Shown here: piece by piece, positions 9,362-18,584 of the stretch
Layout of the letters: every line of letters starts with the position of its first letter
How positions within the stretch are numbered: position 1 is the first letter of the stretch
Source: Pseudobdellovibrio sp.
Lineage (GTDB): Bacteria > Bdellovibrionota > Bdellovibrionia > Bdellovibrionales > Bdellovibrionaceae
Direction of reading: 5' to 3'
NCBI GenBank assembly: GCA_025449725.1
Contig: JANWIU010000043.1
Coordinates: 1 to 38,139, forward strand
Length of the DNA stretch: 38,139 nucleotides
Notes under the pieces: model-generated
The model's input: the letters and a program-made list of their open reading frames with translations, nothing else
Database searches by the model: none
Told to the model about the DNA's origin: nothing
Position numbers and translations under genes: made by a program

Positions 9362-10561
9362 TTAATCTTCAATTAAAGCCTGGGGGAGCGATTTATCGGC
9401 TTTGGCGCCCAATTCATTGAGCTTTTCAACCTGAGTGATCAGGTTTCCACGGCCAGTCTGAATTTTGGTCATAACCTCACCATGAGTTTTTTGAACAGTC
9501 GAAAGTTGCATTCCAAGCCTTTCCAGATCGCTTACGATGCCCGCGAACTTATCGTACAGCTCGCCACCGCGCTTAGCGATTTCAAGGGCGTTTTGCTGTT
9601 GGCGTTCTTGCTTCCATAGCGAAGACACAGTTCGTAAGGTCGCTAACAAAGTTGTGGGGCTGACGATAGCAACGTTTTTTTCCCAGGCCATTTCAAAAAG
9701 GTCAGGCTTCAGTCTAAACGCTAAAGCAAAGGCGGGTTCTAAAGGCATGAACAGCATCACGAAATCCGGTGAAATTATATTTTCTGCTAAATGATATTTT
9801 CTGCCGGCCAGACCGTTCACATGTTCTTTTAATGATTCGATATGAGCCTGCGCGAAACGCTGACGATCAATATCATTTTCTGCAGAAACTGAAGCTTCGT
9901 AGGCCAGCAAGGTAACTTTTGAATCGACGATCAAATGCTTTCCATCCGGCAATTTTACAATGACATCCGGGCGGCTGATCTTACCATCGGCGTCTCTCAC
10001 GGTTTCCTGTGGGAAATACTCTTCGCCCTTACGAAGACCAGAACGTTCCAAAATGTTTTCAAGTATAAGTTCGCCCCAGTTGCCTTGGGCCTTGTTGTCC
10101 CCTTTAAGGGCCTGGGTCAGATTTTGAGCTTCGCGGCTCATCGTCATATTTAAGTCTACAAGCTTAGTGATTTCTGACTTGAGGTTATGGCGCTCCATAC
10201 GTTCTGTGGAATAGCTTTCTTCAACCCGTTTTTCGAAATCTTTTATTTTTTCTTTAAGCGGGTTCAATAAGCTTTCAATCTGCTTCATGTTTTGATCAGT
10301 GGCTTTAGAAGATGTTTGATCCAGCTTCGAAATCTTTTCGTCGAAAATTTTCTGCGCTAAATCTTTGAATTGCAGACTTAAAGTATTTTGAAGTGCGCTA
10401 CTTTCAGTTTTTGACTTTTCAATTGTGGATTGAGTGAGCTCAAATTTAGTCTTCCAGGTTTCGCTTTCAACGATAGCAACTGAAAGACGACGGTACAAAT
10501 ATAGCCCTGCCCCAAAAGCTCCAAGTAAAAAACTGCCAATTCCGATGCCAATTTGTTCCAT
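9362..10561 (-). CDS. rmuC: DNA recombination protein RmuC
   Basis: N-terminal TM and coiled coil; QGNWGELILENILERSGL, RPDVIVKLP, IVDSK, DFVMLFMPLE, IVSPTTLLATL. Confidence 0.95.
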   Translation of the reverse strand: MEQIGIGIGSFLLGAFGAGLYLYRRLSVAIVESETWKTKFELTQSTIEKSKTESSALQNTLSLQFKDLAQKIFDEKISKLDQTSSKATDQNMKQIESLLNPLKEKIKDFEKRVEESYSTERMERHNLKSEITKLVDLNMTMSREAQNLTQALKGDNKAQGNWGELILENILERSGLRKGEEYFPQETVRDADGKISRPDVIVKLPDGKHLIVDSKVTLLAYEASVSAENDIDRQRFAQAHIESLKEHVNGLAGRKYHLAENIISPDFVMLFMPLEPAFALAFRLKPDLFEMAWEKNVAIVSPTTLLATLRTVSSLWKQERQQQNALEIAKRGGELYDKFAGIVSDLERLGMQLSTVQKTHGEVMTKIQTGRGNLITQVEKLNELGAKADKSLPQALIED

Positions 10562-10621
10562 AACACTGCCCTTTGACTTAATTTCGACTTGTTCAGCCTA
10601 GCAAATGTTTGTTAATTTGTC

Positions 10622-11503
10622 GTGATGACAAATTTAAATGCCTGGATTTTAGCAGCCCGCCCCAAAACACTTACAGCTTCCTTAGTGCCTATTGTCTCAA
10701 CAGCAGGCCTGGTGCGGGGTTTAGGCTATGAGATGAATTGGCTTATCGTTGTTTTAGCTTTGCTTTCCAGCTTCTGTATTCAGATCGGCACCAACCTGGT
10801 GAACGATGCGATGGATTTCAAAAAAGGTGCTGATACAGAAACGCGGCTTGGGCCTAAGCGTGTAACTCAACAAGGGATTTTTACTTTTAGGCAGGTCATG
10901 ATGGCCGCCGGGTTATTTTTCTTTTTGGCTGCTTGCTTTGGAATTCCGCTGGTTTTGAAAGGTGGAATGCCGATTCTAATTATTGGACTGGTGTCGATCG
11001 CGATGGGATACGCCTACACCTCGGGCCCGGTACCGCTGGCGTATCACGGGCTGGGAGATTTATTTGTTATTTTGTTTTTCGGGTTGATTGCCGTTGGTGG
11101 TTTGTTTTTTCTTTTGACAGGAGAATACACCTGGCCGGCTTTTATTTTAGGATTGCAGATCGGCTTACTTAGCACCGTGTTGATTGCGATCAATAATCTT
11201 CGCGATATGGAAACCGACAAGTTGGTAAATAAAAAGACCTTGGCTGTCCGGCTGGGGCTTACCGGCGGAAGATACTGGATCGGCTTTTTAATTTTTGCGC
11301 CTTACATTGCGGGATACTATTGGGTAGTTTCGCAAAAATACTGGGTTTACTTTGCGACTATCATGGCGTTTCCGTTGGGGCTTAGTATTGCGAAAAAGAT
11401 TTTTAGAACCTCACCCGGTGTAGAGTACAACCGTTTTTTAGCGCAAGCTTCTGCCTATAGCCTGGTTTACAGTGTGCTATTGGCCATCGGGTTTCAAGTC
11501 TGA
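10622..11503 (+). CDS. menA: 1,4-dihydroxy-2-naphthoate octaprenyltransferase MenA
   Basis: WILAARPKTL, NLVNDAMDFKKGAD, NNLRDMETD...KKTLAVRLG (UbiA family); first gene of a men cluster. Confidence 0.95.
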   Translation: MMTNLNAWILAARPKTLTASLVPIVSTAGLVRGLGYEMNWLIVVLALLSSFCIQIGTNLVNDAMDFKKGADTETRLGPKRVTQQGIFTFRQVMMAAGLFFFLAACFGIPLVLKGGMPILIIGLVSIAMGYAYTSGPVPLAYHGLGDLFVILFFGLIAVGGLFFLLTGEYTWPAFILGLQIGLLSTVLIAINNLRDMETDKLVNKKTLAVRLGLTGGRYWIGFLIFAPYIAGYYWVVSQKYWVYFATIMAFPLGLSIAKKIFRTSPGVEYNRFLAQASAYSLVYSVLLAIGFQV

Positions 11504-12396
11504 TGAACATTTTAATTTCACCTTATGAACTTAAGAAAAAAGCTTCGGGTGAAATTCAGGCGGGAACTCTTATTAAAGTTATTGAAGACAGAAGCTTTGG
11601 CGTTGCTGACCTGTGCCCGCATCCGGATTTAGGCGATAGCGACTGGAGAAGCGAAATCGCAAAAGAAGGTCCGCTTTTTAAACGGGCGGTGCATTTAGCC
11701 AAGGAAGATCTTTCAGCCCGCAAAAAAAACATAAGTCTTTTGTTAAATCAAAAAATTCAGAATAATTTTTTGATTACGGATTATTCGCGGTCAGATTTGA
11801 ATGATAAAAAGTATTCTGAAAATATTTTAAAAATAAAAGGCGACAGCCGCGTTGAAATGCTGGCCGGAGCGTTAAACCGAGTGCAACAGAATATCATATT
11901 CCGAATCGACTTTAATGCGAAACTGAGTGCGGTGGAATTTGAGAAATTTTTGTCGCTTTTGGAAAGCCAGGCACGAGATAAAATTCAATACATAGAAGAC
12001 CCAACAGTTTTGCAGGCCCATTGGAAGGAGTGGAATTTAAGAATTCCACTGGCCAGCGACTGGCAAAAAACAAATAATTTGGAAATGGCGAAGTATAAAA
12101 TTGTAAAGCCGGCCAGAGAAGAAATTCCGTCGGACCCTTCAAATTGCATTTTTACTTCTGCAATGGATCACCCGGTCGGCGTAGCTCATGCTATGAGGCT
12201 GGCACAAACGCAACCGGCACATGTTTGCGGGTTTTCGACTTTAGAGATGTACGAATTGAACACCTTTAGTAAGTATTTTTTGATTGATGGAGCTTGGCTG
12301 GGATTTTCTGAACTTGCATTAAGCGATAGCGGAATCGGAATGACAGCTGAATTAAATAAACTTTACTGGGCGCGACCGGAAGAAGTCGTGCCATGA
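11503..12396 (+). CDS. menC: o-succinylbenzoate synthase MenC (divergent enolase superfamily)
   Basis: KIK, RIDFN, YIEDP, LASD, IVKP, TSAMD motifs; translationally coupled between menA and menE. Confidence 0.8.
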   Translation: MNILISPYELKKKASGEIQAGTLIKVIEDRSFGVADLCPHPDLGDSDWRSEIAKEGPLFKRAVHLAKEDLSARKKNISLLLNQKIQNNFLITDYSRSDLNDKKYSENILKIKGDSRVEMLAGALNRVQQNIIFRIDFNAKLSAVEFEKFLSLLESQARDKIQYIEDPTVLQAHWKEWNLRIPLASDWQKTNNLEMAKYKIVKPAREEIPSDPSNCIFTSAMDHPVGVAHAMRLAQTQPAHVCGFSTLEMYELNTFSKYFLIDGAWLGFSELALSDSGIGMTAELNKLYWARPEEVVP

Positions 12397-13532
12397 TTGA
12401 ATTTAAAAGTGGCCTCTGCAATCAGTTGCTGATTAACCCGCGGTTACCTGACGAAGAAAAAAAAATTTTAGCAGGGTTAAAAAATGCTTTCGAAAAAGAA
12501 TTCGGCGATAGAGATTATTTTTTAGTTCCAAGCTCCGGGTCGTCAAAATCGGCAGAACAAAGTGTAAAACTGATTGCCCTGCATTTAGAAAGTGTTTTGA
12601 ATTCCGCACGCCGGGCAAATTTTTACCTTAATGCAAAACAGGATAATAACTGGGGTCTATTCCTGCCGGAATTTCATGTGGCAGGTTTGGGCATCTTGGC
12701 ACGCGCTTATTTAGCGCGAGCAGAAGTCAAAAAATTTACTTTTTCGGTTGAAGATTTTGCCGCAAATATTTCTATGCATCAGGTAAGTTTTTTATCTTTA
12801 GTGCCTGCGCAGATTTTTGATTTAGTTAGCGCAGGAATTCGCGCACCTGCATCGGTAAAAAAAGTTTTTGTTGGGGGCGGCTTTTTAAATCCTTTACTAA
12901 AGACACAAATTGCACAGCTTGACTGGCCCGTAACTGAAACCTATGGAATGACCGAAACCGGTTCTATGGTAGCTGTAAGAGAGGGCACTAAGCCCTATTT
13001 TGAATTGATGCCGGGAGTAAGTGCCAAAGTTGAAGAAGATTTATTATCGCTTCGCTGTGATTCGTTACTATCCGCAACTGTACAAAAGAGCGGGGATGAA
13101 GTTTCTGTTGTTAAGTTTGACCGAGGTGGTTGGCTTAAGACGGATGACGTAGCCGTAATACATGAAACAGAAAGTACAACTTATTTAGAACTGTTGGGGC
13201 GGAAGTCAGATTATATTAAAATTTTGGGCGAAGGAGTTTCGCTCAGTGAATTACGAAGCAAGTTGCAAATAGCCGGAACCGGTCTGGGCATTGATTCACG
13301 AAGTTATGAAATTGTGGCGGGGGAGCACCCGAGGTCCGGGTATCAGCTTGTTTTGGTGGTTGAAGATAGAATTCCTGAAATACTGCGGCAGGACCTCGTG
13401 AATTTGTTTAATAAGTCCAGCCGGCCGTTTGAAAGAATAAGTAAGGTCCTTGTTTTGAGACAAATACCCAGGTCTGAGCTGGGAAAGTTGAAAACAGCCG
13501 AATTGAAAAGTATAATTAAAGACGCCGAATAG
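12393..13532 (+). CDS. menE: o-succinylbenzoate-CoA ligase MenE (short AMP-binding enzyme)
   Basis: SSGSS P-loop, SLVPAQ, YGMTET, GRKSDYIK, IPRSELGK; men cluster context. Confidence 0.85.
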   Translation: MIEFKSGLCNQLLINPRLPDEEKKILAGLKNAFEKEFGDRDYFLVPSSGSSKSAEQSVKLIALHLESVLNSARRANFYLNAKQDNNWGLFLPEFHVAGLGILARAYLARAEVKKFTFSVEDFAANISMHQVSFLSLVPAQIFDLVSAGIRAPASVKKVFVGGGFLNPLLKTQIAQLDWPVTETYGMTETGSMVAVREGTKPYFELMPGVSAKVEEDLLSLRCDSLLSATVQKSGDEVSVVKFDRGGWLKTDDVAVIHETESTTYLELLGRKSDYIKILGEGVSLSELRSKLQIAGTGLGIDSRSYEIVAGEHPRSGYQLVLVVEDRIPEILRQDLVNLFNKSSRPFERISKVLVLRQIPRSELGKLKTAELKSIIKDAE

Positions 13533-13550
13533 AGATACAGGGGCAAATTT

Positions 13551-13865
13551 ATGGGAAGTCCTAGTAAAACACCATGGGAAGTAGGAGCCGTTTTGGTTTG
13601 TTCCAAATGCGGTGCGAAGTTTAATCAGCCGAATTCTGCTGAAGAAACCAAATCCGAAGTTAGAAAGTGGCAAAAGGCCAACGACACTCAAGAGAAAATA
13701 AGAGTAATTGTTTCGGGTTGCCTCGGAGTCTGTTATCCCGAAAAACAAACCTTCACCTTTATGCCCGTCAATGGCCCGACAGAAGTGTTCACTACGGAGC
13801 TGGGAAAAGACCTACTTGTGTCTGAGGTTAAGAATCTTATTGCGTCGAAATTATCTGAAAAGTAG
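13551..13865 (+). CDS. Small protein, probable thioredoxin-like [2Fe-2S] ferredoxin fold
   Basis: VLVCSKC ... SGCLGVC four-cysteine pattern. Confidence 0.55.
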   Translation: MGSPSKTPWEVGAVLVCSKCGAKFNQPNSAEETKSEVRKWQKANDTQEKIRVIVSGCLGVCYPEKQTFTFMPVNGPTEVFTTELGKDLLVSEVKNLIASKLSEK

Positions 13866-13935
13866 TTCTAAAGTCTAGGTCAGTAAACAGTAAAACATTC
13901 ATGACAGAATAGCAGTTATAGCGCAGACTGATTTA

Positions 13936-14859
13936 ATGCAGATTAAGTTTTGGGGTGTGCGTGGATCTATACCGCACTCATTAGATACTTCAGGATGGGT
14001 TTCACACTTTGAAAAGTTAATGCAAGACTTTTTTTCTGAAGGTTTTAAATCTGCATCAGACATTCAATCTTTTATAAAAAGCAAATCGCCGGTTGAGATC
14101 GGCGGCTTCGGAGTGGCAACGACTTGTGTTGAGGTCTCCGCTGGAAATCAATCGATAATAATTGATGGTGGTAGCGGCATCAAAGCATTAACGGAAGTAA
14201 AAGACGAATATCATATTTTGATAAGTCACTTTCATTTGGATCATATTTTAGGGTTGCCATTCTTCCTGCCGCATTACAAAGAAGGCTGTAAAATTCACTA
14301 TTACTCTGCTCATCAGGATACTGAGTCTGTTATTAAATCACTTTTTAAAAAACCGATGTTCCCGGTTAGTTTCGGGAATTTACAGGCCGATATTAAGTTT
14401 CATACGTTGAGAGTTTACGAAAAAAACGATGTTAACGGTTTTACTGTGACGCCTTATCAGACGGATCATCCCGATCTTTGCTTTGGGTTCAAAGTAGAAA
14501 AGGGCGGAAAAGTTTATTCGCATGCAGTGGATAATGAAGCTGTACGCTTAACAAAGGCAGAGTTGGGGCGCGACGCCGGCTTGTATGAGAACTCTGACCT
14601 GGTTTACTTCGATTCGCAGTACGACGAAGACAGTATTGATACTAAAAAGGGTTGGGGCCATGGAACTAGTCATCGCGGCTTTGAAGTTTGTAGTGAGTTT
14701 GGCGTTAAACAAATACTTTTTGCTCACCATGATCCTGGTTTTTCTATCGAAGATTCTCTTGGGCAACAGAAAAAAACAGAAGAGCTGTTCAAAAAAAAAT
14801 ACAGCCATTTAAAATGTAAATGGCTGTATGCATATGAAGGCTTAGTTATTAAAATTTAA
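13936..14859 (+). CDS. MBL-fold metallo-hydrolase (RNase Z / phosphodiesterase-like)
   Basis: IKFWGVRGSIP start, IIDGGSG, SHFHLDH (HxHxDH), GWGH, LFAHHDP. Confidence 0.88.
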   Translation: MQIKFWGVRGSIPHSLDTSGWVSHFEKLMQDFFSEGFKSASDIQSFIKSKSPVEIGGFGVATTCVEVSAGNQSIIIDGGSGIKALTEVKDEYHILISHFHLDHILGLPFFLPHYKEGCKIHYYSAHQDTESVIKSLFKKPMFPVSFGNLQADIKFHTLRVYEKNDVNGFTVTPYQTDHPDLCFGFKVEKGGKVYSHAVDNEAVRLTKAELGRDAGLYENSDLVYFDSQYDEDSIDTKKGWGHGTSHRGFEVCSEFGVKQILFAHHDPGFSIEDSLGQQKKTEELFKKKYSHLKCKWLYAYEGLVIKI

Positions 14860-15084
14860 TTATAAAATTTCAAATGGGCTTTTGCTCTGGTGTGAACTGG
14901 CTTTGATTCTTGCCATCTGTTCGCGGTAATTTAATCGCATATTGAAAACGGTCATACTGCAAAAAAGTAAAGTCAGTCCGCTGACGACCAAAGTTCTATT
15001 TTCGTAATGAGCTACAGAATATAGCCCCATGACCGCATAAAGAAAGGGCCTGGATTCATAAAACATTTTTTCAAAGATATGCAT
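14860..15084 (-). CDS. Small hypothetical membrane protein
   Basis: 74 aa, two hydrophobic segments, GGGGA RBS upstream, fills the intergenic gap. Confidence 0.6.
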   Translation of the reverse strand: MHIFEKMFYESRPFLYAVMGLYSVAHYENRTLVVSGLTLLFCSMTVFNMRLNYREQMARIKASSHQSKSPFEIL

Positions 15085-15191
15085 TCAATCCCCCTTTAAA
15101 TATAATAGCAAATACAGAGGCAACTGAAACATAATTCAGCCCCGGTCTCAGATAGCGACGCTTATCATTTGAAATTATCAATTTGAAACAG

Positions 15192-17417
15192 CTATTTTTT
15201 AAAAATGAGTTCTGTATTTTTATTTTCGGAAAAAAGCTGAACTTCACGGGCTTCAACTGTGTCCGGAAACGGAAAATCTGAATGGTTCCAGCCGGACTCA
15301 ATTTTATTCATGACTTCAAGCCATACCGGTACGGCTCCGCTTGCGCCCGTTAGGTAACTTGATACGCTACGGTCATAGCCCAGCCACACAACCGTTGTGT
15401 GCTGCGGAGTAAATCCGCTGAACCAAGCGTCTTTGTTATCTGAAGTGGTTCCGGTTTTGCCGGCAGCGGGCCATTGCCAGCCGGATGAGGTAATACCTTT
15501 TGCAGTACCGGAGCGTATGGTTTCTTTCATGATGCCGACGAGAACTGAAATTAATTGTGGATCGCCGCGATCTTCAAATTTGGGATTGTATTCGTAAAGT
15601 GTTTCATTATTTTTATTCTGAACTTTTTCAATAAAATGGGAAGTGGTGAATTTGCCAAGATTGGCCAGCGTTCGGTAGCTGTCAATGATTTCAATCGGGT
15701 AGTGTATACTGGCGCCCAGGCTGGATGCCGGAGTCAAGGGAATCTCAGAAGTGAAGCCGAAGTTTTTAGTTTCACTCACCAGATTTTCAAGTCCGAGCCT
15801 TTGCATGAGCCTTGCTGTCGGCGCATTTAAACTTTCTTTAAGGGCAAAATATAACGGAACATTGCCGTTATATTTTTTGTCGTAGTTTTCGGGCGACCAG
15901 GATTTTTTATCGTAAGACCAAACGAATTTTTCGTCCTGAATTTCGGTTAAAGGGTCTGCTCCGTCTTTTAAGGCCAGATAATAAACGAAAGGTTTAATAA
16001 GTGAGCCGATTTGCCGTCGCCCATTGAGGGCGCGGTTAAACTGAGTCTGTTTGAAATTCTGTCCGCCAACCAGAACAGTAACTAATCCGGTTTTATTTTC
16101 AGTTGTAAGAACGATGCCTTCAAGCTTGTGACCTTTTTCGGTGTTCTTAATGAGGTTCTTTTTGGTTTTTTCTAAGTTGCTTATGTGTTTTTGCAGCGCC
16201 AGTTGAGCTGTTTGCTGAGAGTCTAAATCCAGGCTGGCGTAAATACTGCTGGGTTCGCTGAGATTAAGTGTTTCCAGCTCTTTCCTGACTGCTTCGAAGT
16301 AATAGGGTGCTGTTTCCGAAGCCTTTTGCACGGCCTGCTCTGGTAATGTGGCAGCAGAGGCCGATGCCAGTTCGCGTTCGTTGATGAGTTTAAACTCCAA
16401 CATCTTTTTTAGAACCAGATTTCTTCTTGTTGTGGCTTTTTCGGGATTCTTCCAGGGGTTATAGATTCCCGGATTGTTGACGATCGCGGCCATTAGCGCG
16501 CACTCAGATAAATTTAATTTTTGCACCGGTTTGTTGAAATAATATTCGGAGGCAGCGCCAAAACCTAAAACCTGAAAGGCGCCTGACTGCCCCATATAAA
16601 TAATATTTAAGTAAGTTTCGAGAATTTGATCTTTGGACCATTCAGATTCCAGCTTCACGGCCAGAAATAGTTCTTTTAGCTTGCGGCTAATGGTTTTTTC
16701 CGGCGTTAAGAAATAATTTTTTACAAGCTGTTGTGTGATCGTGCTGCCGCCTTGAGCGTAACGTCTTTGTACGATGTTTTTTACCAATGATCTGAATAGG
16801 CCCTGGTAACTCAACCCGGAGTGCTGAAGGAATTCGTTATCTTCAATGGCCATAGTGGCGTTCATGCAGTTTACCGGAAATTCCGATATTTTCAGTTCAT
16901 TTTGCATGATGGGTTGTTGCCCACGATACTGAGCAACCAAAACCGGATCTAAATTCGCCTTCCAATAACGAACGGAGGGGTCGCCCTTCCATGTGCTTTC
17001 AATGACCTGCTTGTCGTCGACAATAACAATAAACACTTCATTCATGTGGGTTTGCCACATCCAGCAGCTGAATCCTTCGACTATAGCTTCATTCTTGGTG
17101 ATGTACTTACAGTTCGGAAGGTTAAGTTTTTTTGCATCGCCCGGCATGAGAACTTGGTCTTCTTCACGCTGGCGGTAGTTTTGAGCTTCCAATTGCTTTA
17201 AAAACTGCTTTTCTTCCCACAATTGCCCCGAAAAAAAGCTGGGGCCACGCGCATAGTACCGAGTGGAGGGAGTCAAATCCTGAGCTGAAAGTTTTTGATT
17301 GAATTCTTTGGCTCCGAAAGGCCATTCGAACGCATGAATCGGGAGCGCGAAAAAAAATAATACAGCGCTCAAAAAAAGCTTCCGGCAGTGGCTTTGAGCA
17401 CTAAGATATCTTGTCAT
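15192..17417 (-). CDS. Class A penicillin-binding protein (transglycosylase + transpeptidase, PBP1B-like)
   Basis: GT motifs IEDNEF, QGGSTITQQLVKN, RKLKE, YLN; TP motifs SLIK, SLN, KTGT. Start taken at ATG 17417 (MTRYL) to avoid overlap with the divergent gene. Confidence 0.92.
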   Translation of the reverse strand: MTRYLSAQSHCRKLFLSAVLFFFALPIHAFEWPFGAKEFNQKLSAQDLTPSTRYYARGPSFFSGQLWEEKQFLKQLEAQNYRQREEDQVLMPGDAKKLNLPNCKYITKNEAIVEGFSCWMWQTHMNEVFIVIVDDKQVIESTWKGDPSVRYWKANLDPVLVAQYRGQQPIMQNELKISEFPVNCMNATMAIEDNEFLQHSGLSYQGLFRSLVKNIVQRRYAQGGSTITQQLVKNYFLTPEKTISRKLKELFLAVKLESEWSKDQILETYLNIIYMGQSGAFQVLGFGAASEYYFNKPVQKLNLSECALMAAIVNNPGIYNPWKNPEKATTRRNLVLKKMLEFKLINERELASASAATLPEQAVQKASETAPYYFEAVRKELETLNLSEPSSIYASLDLDSQQTAQLALQKHISNLEKTKKNLIKNTEKGHKLEGIVLTTENKTGLVTVLVGGQNFKQTQFNRALNGRRQIGSLIKPFVYYLALKDGADPLTEIQDEKFVWSYDKKSWSPENYDKKYNGNVPLYFALKESLNAPTARLMQRLGLENLVSETKNFGFTSEIPLTPASSLGASIHYPIEIIDSYRTLANLGKFTTSHFIEKVQNKNNETLYEYNPKFEDRGDPQLISVLVGIMKETIRSGTAKGITSSGWQWPAAGKTGTTSDNKDAWFSGFTPQHTTVVWLGYDRSVSSYLTGASGAVPVWLEVMNKIESGWNHSDFPFPDTVEAREVQLFSENKNTELIFKK

Positions 17418-17469
17418 ACGAGCCCAAATGGTCTTTAATTGAAGGCAAATAAGGGGCATACAACATACA

Positions 17470-17751
17470 ATGATGAAGCTCACGACAAGTCAAATACAAA
17501 GGCTTTCTGAAAAAATTTTGAATCAGTGGAAATCGCAAAATCTAATTACCTTCAAAGTAGATGAAAAAGTAGTTCTTCAAACAATCGCCGACGCCATCGT
17601 TGGTGATCTGCAAAAAGAAGAACAGCTGGATCGCGATGTTAACGCTTTGATGGATCAAATGGAGCGTCAACACGAAGGGCAATTTCAGCGTCACAGAATG
17701 TTTCCGATGCTGAAACAAAAACTGGCTAAAGAAAGAAAAATAATTTTATGA
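17470..17751 (+). CDS. DUF507 family protein
   Basis: MKLT..QI, EEQLDRDV, F.M.KQKLAKERKIIL typical of DUF507. Confidence 0.75.
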   Translation: MMKLTTSQIQRLSEKILNQWKSQNLITFKVDEKVVLQTIADAIVGDLQKEEQLDRDVNALMDQMERQHEGQFQRHRMFPMLKQKLAKERKIIL

Positions 17752-18020
17752 TTTTATCAGAAGACCGTCAGTTTCATTTAGCTCACGTTGTTACTGACAA
17801 AGTATGGGGAGATGACATCGCCGATTTTTCTGACGATGACATGGCCCTTAAAGCCGCGAAGATGGCGATCATTGCTTTTGTAAAAGCCGATGCCGAGATC
17901 GATGTAAAGGCCCGTGAAAAAGTGGCGTCGTTAAAAAGAGGCGTAATTGAAGGAACCCGTGAATGGGACATTCTTTATAAAAAATACTATGAAGAGGAAA
18001 GCGTTCGCCATGGCAAGTAA
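17748..18020 (+). CDS. DUF507 family protein (second type)
   Basis: LSEDRQFHLAH, AREKVASLKRGVIEGTREWDILYKKYYEEE; coupled to the preceding DUF507 gene. Confidence 0.75.
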   Translation: MILSEDRQFHLAHVVTDKVWGDDIADFSDDDMALKAAKMAIIAFVKADAEIDVKAREKVASLKRGVIEGTREWDILYKKYYEEESVRHGK

Positions 18021-18582
18021 GAAGAAGGCTGCGAAAAAAGTAGTAAAAAAATCTGTTTCAAAAAAACCATCTGCAAAAAGCAGTAAAGTAAAAAAAGCAA
18101 TGCCGGCAAAAAAAACGGTCAAAGCGTCTGCAAAGAAAACGCCGGCAAAAAAATCCGGTAAAAAAGCTACTGCAAAAAAAACTTCTAAGCCGGTTGCTGC
18201 GAAGAAGCCGGCAGCAGTGAAAAAGACTGCTGCGAAAGTCATTCAGCCGCAAAAGCTTAAGCCCGTAGACGTGGATTACACAAAGGCGATAACGCCGCTG
18301 TTGGACCGCCTGGTTGTAAGAGTGCTGAATTCCGAAAGAGTGCTTGCAGGCGGACTGCTGATTATTCCTGACACGGCATTAATGGCCACAGGATACTTAA
18401 AGGCCGAAGTGCTGGCCGTTGGCACCGGAAATAAATCAAAAAAAGGATATTTAAAACCGCTCGATGTAAAAATCGGCGATAAAGTTTTATTTGCAGAGTA
18501 CGCAGGAACAAAAGTTCATTTTAATTCAGAAGAGCTTCATATTATTCATGAAGCTGATGTTATGGGAATTCTCGAGGAGTAG
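18010..18582 (+). CDS. groES: GroES (Cpn10) co-chaperonin with N-terminal histone-H1-like Lys/Ala-rich extension
   Basis: C-terminal ~95 aa: PLLDRLVV, GGLLIIPDTA, EVLAVGTG, LDVKIGDKVLFAEYAGT, EADVMGI. Likely start ATG 18010 (MASKKKAAKK), overlapping the DUF507 3' end. Confidence 0.85.
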   Translation: MASKKKAAKKVVKKSVSKKPSAKSSKVKKAMPAKKTVKASAKKTPAKKSGKKATAKKTSKPVAAKKPAAVKKTAAKVIQPQKLKPVDVDYTKAITPLLDRLVVRVLNSERVLAGGLLIIPDTALMATGYLKAEVLAVGTGNKSKKGYLKPLDVKIGDKVLFAEYAGTKVHFNSEELHIIHEADVMGILEE

Positions 18583-18584
18583 TT

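Noticed and set aside
17418-17483. Extended PBP N-terminus from the ORF track (MSFIIVCC...)
   Set aside because: Overlaps the divergent DUF507 start; ATG 17417 gives a normal short cytoplasmic tail plus TM.
17947-18009. Upstream start for the GroES ORF (MKEPVNG...)
   Set aside because: Non-ATG start lying inside the DUF507 gene; ATG 18010 begins the coherent Lys-rich region.
17931-18252. Phe/Ala-rich antisense ORFs
   Set aside because: Mirror translations of the Lys/Ala repeat codons.
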